From Carcharhinus amblyrhynchos (Eukaryota): 64,000 bases of DNA. The translations under genes were made by a program, and so were the position numbers. A model generated the notes under the pieces. It did not search any database, was not told the origin of the DNA, and saw only the letters and a program-made list of their open reading frames with translations. The DNA is taken from NCBI GenBank assembly GCA_965287045.1, contig OZ336880.1, positions 32,178,001 to 32,242,000 on the forward strand. Direction: 5' to 3'. Each line of letters opens with the position of its first letter. Position 1 is the first letter of the stretch. Below, piece by piece: positions 52,531-64,000 of this stretch.

Positions 52531-52845
52531 ATTGAATTCCTAAAGTGCAGGAGGAGGCCATTTGCCCATCAAGCCTGTACCAACAAACAATCCCAGCCAG
52601 GCCCCTACCCCCATATCCCCATGTATTTACCCTGCCAGTCTCCCTGGCACCAAGGGGCAATCGAGCATGGCCAATCCACCTAACTGGCATATCTTTGGAG
52701 TGTGGGAGGAAACCACCCAGAGAAAACCCCACACAGACATGATGAGAACATGCAAACCCTATACAGAGTCTCCTGAGGCTGGAATTGAACCAGGAGCCCC
52801 TGGCCCTGAGGCAGAAGTGCTAACCACTCTGCCACTGTGCTGCCC
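52531..52845 (-). mobile_element. HE1-like V-SINE
   Basis: Reverse complement gggcagcacagtggcagagtggttagc...ggttcaattcc, V-domain, gatgggcaaatggcctcc tail. Confidence 0.9.
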
Positions 52846-55800
52846 ATTTAAGGAGTACCACCCTTAAATAACTCATCAGTAGATTGGAAAAGGGTAGAAG
52901 ACAAAATATAAACTTCTGTTTTAAAGCATGGTGTAAAACAATAAAAGTGCATTGCAAGACTGTAAGACACAAAGTGGTAAGGTTCCTGTTGTCAATAATT
53001 AAAGCAGAACACATCAGGTAATATAGATGCTTTATTGTACAGGGGGAAAAGAACTCCGCTTCTTCAGTTAAAAGCTCTCTGAATTCAAGACCCACTCCAG
53101 CACTTGATGATCAAGGAAGGTGCATTTACAATGCAGCCAAACAAGCTGAGTATCAACCTGAAATTCCTAACATATGCCAATGGAAAGGTGGTAAGAAAAC
53201 AAGAGCTCTTGGTTAGCCCATGTAATGGAAAGAACTTTGGAACCTCTAACTTCACGATCCACTACTCCACACACAGAGTGCATGTTGCCATGGCAACTCA
53301 CACTCACCATTGAACTAACACACCACCACCACAAATCACCGATTGGAATTTCCTACTTTATACAGATACTGACTTTATTCAGCTAAAAAAGATCAACAGG
53401 AGGAGTTTCACCACAAAGACTTTAGCTATCAAGCCAATACAACAAAGTTTCAACAACTTACAAAGTTATTCAAACCCTTGATTATGTTGCAAACTCAAAT
53501 ATACTCATGGCCAATTTATTATGTGCAACATGAGCATTTGTCCCAGCACTACTGACCAGCCATTCAAACTGATCATTGCTTCCAGCTTGTCCTGCATGTA
53601 TAGTTATATAGTACTCTGATTCCATGCTAAATAATAAAACACATTTGATTTCTACCAGTTTTAAGCTCCAATATAAATATCAAGTGCCACATTCCTATCC
53701 TCTACTGAGTCAGCATATTACTTTAAACATTTTCATCCTCCTATCACCTTAACTCTTTCTTACCTCTGCAACCTCCATTATATATTATTTTGAATAATGT
53801 CCCCTTCTTTCTCCCACTTGTGAAAAAGTTTTAACTTACCATGCCCTTGAATTCCATAATGCACCATTATGGACATCAACTCGTCCTACTTCTCTCTCCA
53901 CCTTTGAAAATCTTTTCACCATTTTTGGTCAATGAAACCTCCCAACTTCAGTTCATTATCCATAAGAATATCTCAGTCACATGAAAAAACACTGAATAGG
54001 CAAGTTACTGTTTACTTATCTAAAGAACACTCTTCTCCAGTTTTGATAAACGCTACTTATTTATCTTATTCTTGTTAATTTTGAGCTGAAGCAATGGCGA
54101 TCAGATGCCTTTTCTCAAATTGAGCAGATTTAACTGCAAATTCTTCTATCTATTCTCATTAAAAAGTGGCAAGTAAGGGTTCATTTGTAAAATATATCAA
54201 AAAAATACGAAGAATATGTAAACACTACTAATCAATCTCCTGTGGAGTTGTACTCGGAATTGAGAGAATGCACGGACATCAGGAAACATGGGGTTAAAGG
54301 TTGGGTTAATGAATCCAGAGGTGTAGACATATTTTAGATAGGTTTTTCTGCAGCAGGGATCTCTGTCTACTGTTAGTTAAATGTGCCCCTGCACCCTTCA
54401 GCTTAAAAATATCTTTCCCACCAAAATGAAGAAACCAGGAGTTGATAAACAGGGTATTTGGGATCCAAGGACAATTGACAGGGTATCTCCTCAAACATAC
54501 TGGTAAAAAGGATTGGGAACTAAACATAGGGGACAGCAAATTAAAGGGACATTAGTTAAATTGTCTAAAAATAATTTGCAAAAGGAATTCCATGCCTTTC
54601 ATGCTTTCAGTGGTAGAAAGGTTCAGTGGAAGTCCTCTGCTTACAACAATTAGAGCAAGCTCTTGCAAATTGCTACTTTAAAATATCTGCACTAGATTTG
54701 TATGGTCTTGATTTACTCTGCAAATACAGCAACTTTGCAACAAATCTGAAATACCGGGCTGAACTGCAGGAGAGTGGGGGTAAATTGGACACCAGGACAT
54801 AGGCATCGTTTCCAGCCAAATGGAGGGGAGGATGGGAAAGGCTCATTCTTGACATGACCACTGCGTGAAATTCAGCCCAATGTCTTCACAAAGTTATCAG
54901 CAAAGCAGCACAGTTCGCATCATGTTTTGGATATTGGCATTTAACTTGTGCATTTTCCTTTTGCTTGAAGCTCCAGTACCATTTATGCAAAAGCAATGAT
55001 AAATGTCATTGGCCTCACCATTATTTTGACAACAAAATCTGGTCCAGAAGTTGAAAAAATACTCAGTCCCTCATCTGAAAGTAATATTATGTTATTTATA
55101 GGCTGTCAATTAATTGAAGTTAATTTCTGGTGATTAACAATTGCTAATAGTGGAAGATACCGAAGTAATGCAGTGTTTTGGAAATAGAGACTTCCAAAAG
55201 ACAGAGATCTATGTTTCAAAACTTTTTACCTGCAAACACTACCTGACTTTTCTGTTTTCAAATGTACAATGATTTAGGTTTAGCTAATGATGAATCCTTT
55301 GGTGCATGTTTCACAGCTGCTCAACTCAAATGGGGAGATGTGTAGGATTAGATACTAAGAAAATGAAAATAAAGGAGTCAGTCAGGGAGCATTAGAGTTT
55401 GCTATTTGATTTTTTTTTAAACCATCCCCAACTGCCCTTGGGAAGGTGGTAGTGAGCCACCTCATTTCAGAGGGCAGTTAAGAGTTAACTGCACTTGCTA
55501 TGTTGTGGGTGGTCAAAGATGCTGGTTTCACTGGGTATGTTGGGTAAGAATTTCACTTTAAAAAAGAGACTAATGTGGTATGGAACCATCTTTGGAAAAA
55601 GTAGGACTAACAAATTAATAAGGTAATCATGACTAATATGGAACAATATTTACTAGAAAGCACACAAAATGGAATTAAACTGAAGCATTATGAAATGAAG
55701 CACTAAGTGAAGTATTTTTGAATGGGAAGTTTATCTTCAGAGAGAAAGACAAGTTACTTGTACATGCTACCAGAGTTCCAGTATCTTTCACAATGAATAA

Positions 55801-55941
55801 TTCACTTTTTGAATTGTCTATATAATTCCATATAATAATAGCATCAGTAATAGAAACTTGAATCAGATAGATGCAATAGATGCATCAACCACATGCAATT
55901 GAAACAAAAATGAATAGATTAAGCAAATGAACTTGATCTGG

Positions 55942-56375
55942 GGGCAGCACAATAGTTTGAACTGCTGCCTCACAGCGCCAGGGGCCCAGGTTCGATTCCT
56001 GGCTTGGGTCACAGTGTGGAGTTTGCACATTCTTCCCCGTTTCTGCATAGGTTTGCAACAGGTGTTCCAGTTTCCTACTACAGTCCAAAAGATTGTGGGT
56101 TAGGTGGACTGGCTATGCTAAATTGCCTCTTAATGTCAGGGAGACCAACTAGGGTAAATGCATTGGGTTATAGGGATAGAGCCTGGATGGGATTGTGGTC
56201 AGTGCAGACTTGATGGGCCGAATGGCCTCCTTCTGCTCTGCAGGATTCTATTCACTGGTTAGGTGCACTGGCCATGCTAAATTCTTTGTATCCAAACAGT
56301 GCTGGAATATGACGATTAAGGGGATTTTTCACAGTTGTTAATTTAATCCTACTTGTGACAGTAATAAATAAACTC
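55942..56375 (+). mobile_element. HE1-like V-SINE followed by a second V-SINE tail
   Basis: Head gggcagcac...ggttcgattcc, HE1 tail to about 56251, then ggttaggtgcactggccatgc...gtgacagtaataaataaac (same tail type as the 10694 copy). Confidence 0.88.
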
Positions 56376-57805
56376 AAAACACTTTAATCAAAACATTAAA
56401 TCATAACCATGTTTTTAAATTTTGGGCAGCCCTAATTGTGCAATGGCAATACAAAGCATTTGGGGAGCAATGTTAATTCCAGCACAATAATTTCTTCTGA
56501 GCAGAGGTCAAGGCACTGGAAGACACAAGATTAAGGTGCTATAGCACAGCCATTAGAGAAAGGCATATTTGATGGAAAAAAAGTTGAATCTACACAAGCA
56601 TAACTGTGAAAAAAGTGACAAGTAGGTTTTGTAAACAGAAAGTATATGAAGATGAGTTTTGATTTTTAAAATCTTAGATATTACATGACTTTAGAACATT
56701 TCACATCTTAAAAACTCATTGGCTTTAGGTGTCACCTGCATACGTCGTTAAAAATAAAAGAATATTTATATATGTGAACATGTGACATCTAGTGTCAAAA
56801 AGCAGGACTTATATCAACTTTGTTGTAATTATTCTAAGAAAAGCAACTAGCAAGAGATAGAGTTTAAGTTCTCCACTCACTATTTTGAGGTGTTTATGCA
56901 ACACAGGCACAGTGCTCAATATTAAGCTGCACCTCAAGAAGAGTTAATTTGTTGGTCTACAGGCTGAAAATAGGATAAACTAGGATTAAAAGCAGCAAAA
57001 ACGCAGGCTAAAATTTATGAATATTTTGCACTTTTTGCAAAGTACTGTCTTTGATTAACAAGTCAATAAAACAATGCCGAAGATCTCTGCATTAAGCTCA
57101 TGTTCTTCAAATTACATTATTCACTGGGCATGTAGTAGTGTGCATCAATGACAGCCTCAATGGCTCACTGCTACGTTTGCACCAGACTTTGGATAAATGT
57201 GAAATCAGTAAGCCTGGCCATTTAGCTATTTTTGCATCGTCCCCCTCTCCTGAAGAGATGGTATCTCAGGTTCAAGTCTGCCTTCACCCAAAATTCACTA
57301 GGATACATTTCACCAGGGATAACTGAAAAGTGAAGAGGAATGCAAATCTGCTCATTTCCCCTCCCTAACAGGCTGATTAAAATGCTCCTACGATCTCCAG
57401 ACCCCAGCTGAGATCAGCAATTTCAGCACTAACCATTAAAACAAGATCCTTTTGGACTGTGCAGTGCACTCCCATTCTGTGCCAGCAGGTACAAGGCAAT
57501 TTTTGGTTTGCATCAAAATTATGTCACAGGTGGCCATTCGATCCACTGCTTCTGTACCTGTGTCACCTCTTCAAGAACTATCCACTCTAATCCTATTTTC
57601 CCAAGAGAGATATTCAAACAAGTATTGCTGGCATTCATTGCAAAAAGCAGGCATATTCAGACCCAAATTGTGTAAGCAGTCATTTATCTTGTCACTATTT
57701 GGAACAGCAGCCTCATCATGGTATATGTAATATTTTCAACACAGTTAAGGAGTTTTGGAAATTCACTAGCGATTTAGATACAGGTTAACCAGCATCTAAT
57801 TTCAA

Positions 57806-58113
57806 GGGCAGCACGGTGGCACAGTGGTTAGCATTGCTGCCTCACAGCACCAGGCACTCAGGTTCAATTCTGGCCTCAGGTCTGTGTGCGGAGTTTGCAC
57901 ATTCTCCCTATGTCTGCGTAGGTTTCCTCCGGGTGCTCCAGTTTCCTGTCACAGTTCAAAGATGTGTGGGTTAGGTTGATTGGCCATGACAAATTGCCTC
58001 TTGTCCTTTAGTGTCAGGGGGATTAACAGTGTAAATATGGGGCCTGGGTGAGATAGTCGTCGGTGCAGGTTTGATGGGCCAAATGGTCTCCTTCTGCACT
58101 ATAGATTCTATGA
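57806..58113 (+). mobile_element. HE1-like V-SINE
   Basis: gggcagcacggtggcacagtggttagc head, V-domain, attctatga tail. Confidence 0.92.
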
Positions 58114-58925
58114 TAAGTTAGCACGGCAACTGAAGAGGCCAACGAATTAAGCTTTTTCTGCACAATGACACTAAGCAGCTGCCCACATACAGATAGTGGC
58201 CACTGTGCACCTCTCTGGACCTGTTTGACAGAAACAAACAGGAGGCACAGCTTTCCGTCACCGCTCCGGGCATCAGCCTCTCCCACACTTTATTCTTCTC
58301 ATGTCTAAATATTTTCTCACTAATCTCAAACAAATCGAGACACAATTCTATGTAGATTTATTTAAATAATTTCTTGTTCACATCTTTGACCTAGCTTCGT
58401 TCCACGGAATAAGAAATATGTTAAAAGGTGTAGGCGGGATTTGAGTCCTCCGCCCCCACCACCCCAAGTAACTCCTGTGGCTTTAGGAATAGTTATTTAA
58501 TAAATCTAAGCGAAAAGGGAGAAATATATGGGTTTACGGTAATGTAACTACTTTAAACAAGTAAATTGAACACACATCTACATGACAAATGTTAAATCTA
58601 ACGCGCGCATACTGTATTTGGTTAAAAAAAACGTTTGAATTAAAAATGTAGTCGATTTTGCTATCAAATTCCTTTTTTTTTCCCTCGCGCTACTGAAGCT
58701 TTCACGCCTACTTGAGTCCATAGTATTGGAGCTCTTTGGGAATCACCCACACAAAATACAAAATCCACCCTCTCCTTCCGGCATAAAAAGGACCGCACAA
58801 GCCGGGATTTTAAAAAAAAAGTACATCTTTTTAAAACTTCTCCCCCTCCCTCCAGCAAAAAAAACAAGAAAACATCACTCATGCGGGTGGACGATAAACA
58901 TCATCAAATACAACAAATGACAACG

Positions 58926-58943
58926 AGAGAGAGAGAGAGAGAG
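58926..58943. repeat. (GA)n microsatellite just inside putative intron 1
   Basis: Directly visible. Confidence 0.85.
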
Positions 58944-58989
58944 CCCCTCATGTGCAGCGAGTTGCCTGCAGAATGACGGCTGGACCTAC

Positions 58990-59460
58990 CTGGTGCAGTG
59001 TGTGCGCTGCCGGCCTCCCTCAGCTTGCTTTCCGTCTGTGTTGTGTGTGTTATCTGGAGCAAAGTGTAGAACTTTCTCTTTCAATGTCCCAGTCAGGACA
59101 GCATTGACAGGAGAGGGGCTGCTTCCCTCTGACCGCGCCAATATTCCAGACAGGGAAAGGAGGGGGTGTGGAGAAGAGTTGGTGTGAGGGAGGAGGCGGT
59201 GGAGACAACTCCTCAGTCCCCGGACTCTGCTGTTGTGTTTGAAGAGCAGTGCGGACGCCCAGATGTCTCAAACTTGCGCGCCCGGGTCTTCAGCAGATGG
59301 TGGTGGGGGGGAGGTTGTTTGGATTTTTTTCCCCCCTTCCCCCCCTTCGCTCTCTTTATCTGGCTCTCAACTTTCCCCCTATGTGAGCGTACTTCTCTGT
59401 CAGCCTCCTCCCCCTCCAGCCTGTATGGGATATTCCGGTCTTGCTCATACTCACTCCCAC
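58990..59460 (-). other. NAB1: Putative non-coding first exon of NAB1 (5' end approximate)
   Basis: Strong donor CCAG|gtaggt at 58990/58989 inside the only CpG-rich region, upstream of the ATG exon. Confidence 0.6.
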
Positions 59461-60779
59461 ACGGCCAGCGTGACGCAGATCCTGGCGTGGGAGGACGCGG
59501 GCCGTGGGAGGCTGGTGGAAGGAATACCAAACATAACTAGTGTAGCGACAAAATGTAGTGAAGTCAGCTTGTTACCAGCTGAGCATTAGCTACAGGGACT
59601 GTTTATCACTTCTATTTATAAGTCTCCCATTCTGTGAAGTAACGTACATACATATATTCACACATACACTCCTCCGGCTCGCAGTGTTTCTCTCAGGGTC
59701 CGGGGAGGTCGAGCTTTACAGTGCACATGTGCTAACACCTCATACTGAGGGGAAGGTCTGCTCTCAAAAAGGTTTGGGCTGGGGAGGGCCCCTAGTGTTC
59801 GACTGACATCTAATGTGCGGGGTTGCTGCGCTCATTTAACTATTTCTACACAGCCCCTTTCTACAAGCAGATATCGATGCCACGACGGTATTGGTAAACA
59901 CCACCCCTCCTCCTTCCCCACCCCGCCCCCCTTCCCCGCGCAAGGAAGGACAGTTAGAGCTATACCGATCTTGGGACCCTCATAGCTATGCTGCATTTTG
60001 AGGGTCCCAAGATCAGTAACGTATCCGGAAATAGGTTCGCCTCGCCTTGACAATGCCACAATCCGAAGTTTGGGACAAGTTGCGGGGTTTAACAGATATG
60101 GAAGTTCTACAAAGAGATCCATCTCCAATTTACTCTGCTTCACAACTTGGCTGGCATTTTTTTTTTAAAAAAAGGAGAGAAAATTGGCAATGGCCAGATG
60201 AATGTTGTCTCAGTTGACAGCGCGTTTGTGTCACTCTGGATTCGGTATTAACCAGCATAACATGACTCGAGCTCGTCAGCCTCATGCAAGTGATCTAGAT
60301 CTATGTTTTAGCTCCGTTTTTGTTGGCCAATTATCAGATAATAGGCGAAGAAATACATCACAGAAAACAGTACAACAAAAATTACCAACCTTATTCCGTT
60401 CCATAGCACTGGGGAAATCCACCTCCTCTCAGTACATGACTTCACATACATCAAGTTTTTTTTCATAAAAAAACATAGAAAGTTGAAGCTAACTTGGCAA
60501 GCTCTCTGCAGTTGAAAACAGAGCCATAAATTCGTGCCAGTGTAGCATTTATTGATATTTTGGTAAGAGTAAACAGTAGCAACGTTTTAAATCTGTTCGT
60601 GACACTGCTATGCGGTGGATTTCAGTCGAGTTAGAGATGGTCCTGATTTTAAGAGTTAAATTTATTTTTGATATCCTGACTGTTGACGAGATTAAAATGG
60701 TGGTCCGTCTCAGTGTAAAATGTATGCATTGCGAAGATAGTTTTCTATTGTAATTCGCTGCTTAGCGATTACTGGACCT

Positions 60780-61850
60780 TCTCTGACTCAAGGTTGGACA
60801 TGTACTAGATTTAATGCAAGCTTCAAATTTGAAAATGGAGAAAATACCGAGCTTTAAGATAGACAAACCAGGATCTGATGGCTTTTGCCACAAGGTATTC
60901 AAATAAATAGGTAAGGAAATTTTAAATTTACTAATCACGATTTCCCAAACTCTCCTGAATTTAAATTCGGATTGGAAAATTGAAAGGGTAATTATTTAAG
61001 AGTAGAAAAACAAAGAAGGAAATTGTAGGCCTATTAGTCTATTGCCTGTTCAGAGTCCCTACAAAGCAGAAGAGGCCACTTGGCCCATCAAGTCTGAACT
61101 GACTCTCCAACAGAGCTTCCCATCCCGGTCCTCTCCTTCACCCCATCCCTGCAACTCCATCCATTTCCCATGGCCAAACCACCTCTCCTGCATATCTTTG
61201 TACTACTGGAGGCAACTAGAGCACCTAGAGCAAAGCAACACAGTCACCCAAGGCTACAATTGAACCCAGGTCCCCAGCGTTTTGAAGTAGCTGCACTAAC
61301 CATTGTGCCACCATGCTTTTTTTAAAATCTGATGAGGGCAAGGTCAGCACTTGTTTCCCATTCCTAACTGCCATTAGACTGGGTGGCTTATTTACCACAT
61401 AATTCAGCTACATTGTTTTGAGCCTGGAGTCATGTGTAGACCAAATCAGGTAATCAGATGGACATTCATGACAATAGTTTTATAGTCACCATTACTAGAA
61501 CTACCTTTCAATTCCAAATGTTAACTACTATAATTTAAATTCCACTAGCTGTCATGGTGAGATTTGAACCCACAATCCACTAAAACACCATCCTGTCTTA
61601 ATATTATTAGGGACAATGTGGATGAACGTAAAGTGCTCAGAGTCAACATAGATTTATAAAGGGTTAAGTCAATTTTATAAGGGAATGGCTGTAGACATTT
61701 TTTATGAACCTCTAGAGAGAGTGTTTGACATGTTTCCATACAAAGGATTATCAAAACAGAAGAATTGGAAGCAAGGTAGTACGATAGGAATAACGCATAC
61801 TAACTAACATTGGCAGGATGTGACTAGCGGTGTACCTTTAAATGTAGGAT
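60780..61850. mobile_element. Old CR1 (+) interrupted by a V-SINE (-, about 61050-61316) and a Deu-SINE (-, about 61320-61585)
   Basis: K.PGSDG..DWKI..GNCRPISL motifs; reverse-complement SINE heads gcatggtggcacaatggttagt and gtgggttcaaatctcacc. Confidence 0.7.
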
Positions 61851-61859
61851 CTTCATGTA

Positions 61860-62365
61860 ATCAAAACTTCTCAATCTGGAAAAAAATCTGTATAGTCTGT
61901 CCTTGTAGAAACAGACATAGCAATATAAATGCAAGTTTTGTCAAGAGTCTGCTTTGTGACATGTTTATATTCATATAATATTAAAGTCTAATTTGAAAGA
62001 ACTGTTCTGTCCTGAGTTGAATAGGCAGGGTTACATCTGATGGCTTGGTATTATTCAAAGCGTAAACACTATTTCCTTGAAATCTACCTCTTATAATTTC
62101 AGAATCAGCATCCATCATGGAAGAAAATAGCTACCTAACTAACAATTTTATTATGGGTTGAAGTTTCAAAAAACTGCTCCTGCCTTCAGTTTAAGCAGTA
62201 TCATGCCCCCTGGAGTTAGACTGTGTCGAAACTCTGAAGGGTATAGCTTGTTATCTTCTTCTGTAGAATCAATGCTGATATATTCTTTTAATTCACTGGC
62301 CAGTTTTCCTAATACTTTTTCATTCAAATCCAGCAAATCTTCATAGTTAACACAAAGTATAGTTT
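61860..62365 (-). mobile_element. Helitron PIF1-type helicase C-terminal relic
   Basis: Minus translation TILCVNYEDLLDLNEKVLGKLASELKEYISIDS..YPSEFRHSLTPGGM..LKLKAGAV..NFN..EIIRG..G..V..PSDVTLPIQLRTEQF.IRL.Y.MNINMSQ/QTLDK..GQ...FSR, matching Helitron helicase motifs (YP.EFLNSLTP.G.P...LKVG; RRQFP.RLA..MTINKSQGQT; HGQLYVA.SR), with stops. Confidence 0.8.
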
Positions 62366-62805
62366 TAAATAATAAATTGTACTAACTAATCATACTTGCC
62401 ATTTTGCCACACTTAACCAATTCCATCATCTCAGCCACTCTAAATACCACTCCTCTCATGCCATTCAAAGCTTTCCTTCCAACACACACTTTTCATCCCA
62501 ACAATCCTACCTTTCATCCCAACAATCCTACCTTTCATATGAACAATCTCTCCAACCAGGTCAACTTTGTCGTTTGGGCTCCCTTTACCTTCCACTGTTT
62601 TTATTCTCTACCACCCACCCCAACTTCCCTGCTCCCATCACCAATTGTTGGCAGATGCTTCAGTCCTTTGTGTGCCCCACATGCCTGGGTGCTAGGTATC
62701 CAACCCAGCAAACTGCCCCTTAAACTAACAAATTAAAGCAGTCGAGACATACACAAACTGATTCTTATTATAGATAACATAGCTGAAGGAGTAGAGACCA
62801 CATAT

Positions 62806-63358
62806 TAAGAACATAAGAAATAGGAGCAGGAGTAGGCCATCTAGCCCTTCGAGCCTGCCCCGCCATTCAATAAGATCATGGCTGATCTGTCGTGGCTCAG
62901 TTCCACTTTCCCGCCCTCTCCCCATAACCCTTAATCCCCTCTATTATCAAAAACCCATCAACCCGCTTCTTAAAAATATTTAGCGAGGTAGCCTCCACCA
63001 CTTCAACGGGCAGAGAATTCCAGAGATTCACCACCCTTTCAGTGAAGAAATTCTTCCTCAACTCCGTTCTAAACCGCCCCCCCTTTATCTTGAGGCTGTG
63101 CCCCCTAGTCCTACTGTCCTTTCTGAGTGGGAAGAGTCTCTCCACCTCTATCCTATCCATCCCATTCATCATCTTATACGTCTCAATGAGATCTCCCTTC
63201 ATTCTTCTAAACTCTAACGAGTACAAGCCTAGTTTATTCAGCCTCTCCTCATAGCTCAACCCCCTCAACTCCGGCATCAGCCTAGTAAACCTCCTCTGCA
63301 CTCCCTCCAAGGCCAAAATATCCTTGCGTAAGTACGGCGCCCAAAACTGCACACACTA
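62806..63358 (-). mobile_element. Young CR1 3' fragment
   Basis: Uninterrupted 151-aa ORF QFWAPYLRKD...NFFTERVVNLWNSLP...GKWN, same subfamily as 6761-7183; ttatgttctta tail. Confidence 0.95.
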
Positions 63359-64000
63359 CTGCACACTATTCAAGTTAGTAAGCACAGAGAATGGTTTATT
63401 GAGAGAAAAATTTGCGATGGGACAATGTGCGTGCAAATTTTGGACCCATGAAAGATAGACCAACGTATTTTCTAAATGGAGAAGAGGAGCAGAGAGTTTT
63501 AGGAGTCCATTAGAGATCATAAAATGCTGGCAGACATGTACAAAAACAATGCCAAGGCTAATGGAATAGCTCAAGAAAGCTGGAATACAAAGGTCTGGAA
63601 GTAATGTTACTGTTATAGACTGCTTTGATTAGATTCCATCCAGAGTATTATATTCAAGTCTGGGCACTTCATTATAAGAAGTGTATACTAAAATCTTGAA
63701 GGCAGTGTATCTCACATTCAAAATTATACACAGGATAAAAAAATTAAATTTTGACAATTGGCTGCATTGACTACTTCTGTACTGTCGTGAATGTAGAAGA
63801 TTAAGAGGCGATCAAATGATATGTTTTTTAAAAATTCACAGGATGTGGGTATCATTGGCCAGGCCAGCATTTATTATCCTTTCCCTAATTGCCATTGAGA
63901 AGAACGTGGTGGACCTTCTTGAACCACTGCAGTCCATGATGCTTGAAGACATTGATAAGCCAGATAGAAAGAAACTTGTGGGTTATACAGAACAGAGAGA

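Larger units (their letters stand above)
58240..60100 (-). promoter_or_regulatory. CpG-rich NAB1 promoter region with EGR-type sites, a CRE-like site and a GC box
   Basis: Local CpG excess. GCGTGGGAG 59485-59493; GTGTGGGAG (-) 59454-59462 and 58280-58288; GTGGGGGCG (-) 58451-58459; TGACGCA 59471-59477; CCCCGCCCCC 59921-59930. Confidence 0.7.

Noticed and set aside
59050-60143. Overlapping 70-125 aa ORFs in the promoter region
   Set aside because: Expected in GC-rich DNA; no recognisable protein similarity.
62491-62538. 21-bp tandem duplication (tttcatcccaacaatcctacc, about 2.3 copies)
   Set aside because: Simple local slippage; there are no spacers, so it is not CRISPR-like.

Overview
Vertebrate genomic DNA, almost certainly from a cartilaginous fish (shark-type HE1/V-SINEs, Deu-domain SINEs and CR1 LINEs). 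The only host gene I can support is NAB1 (EGR co-repressor) on the minus strand. It has a CpG-rich promoter and non-coding first exon at about 59.0-59.5 kb, and seven coding exons (51106-50288, 48025-47892, 47772-47721, 42992-42924, 28117-27952, 23197-23045, 21297-21191) with canonical AG/GT sites and matching phases. These join to 1500 nt (499 aa plus stop), followed by a long TE-poor 3' UTR. The rest is mostly decayed transposons: many CR1 and L2-like LINE pieces, SINEs, two Ty3/Gypsy relics, a Penelope-like insertion with a hammerhead-like core, a Helitron helicase relic upstream of the promoter, and a 1.37-kb G-rich 21-bp tandem array. I found no intact novel multi-gene system. The best leads are a frame anomaly in NAB1 coding exon 4 that a second donor may rescue, a NAB2-like motif kept in this NAB1, clustered EGR sites at the promoter, and a locally templated 58-bp insertion inside a nested Penelope-like element. 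Comparisons with orthologues and repeat consensuses are from memory and need alignment. Repeat boundaries are approximate.
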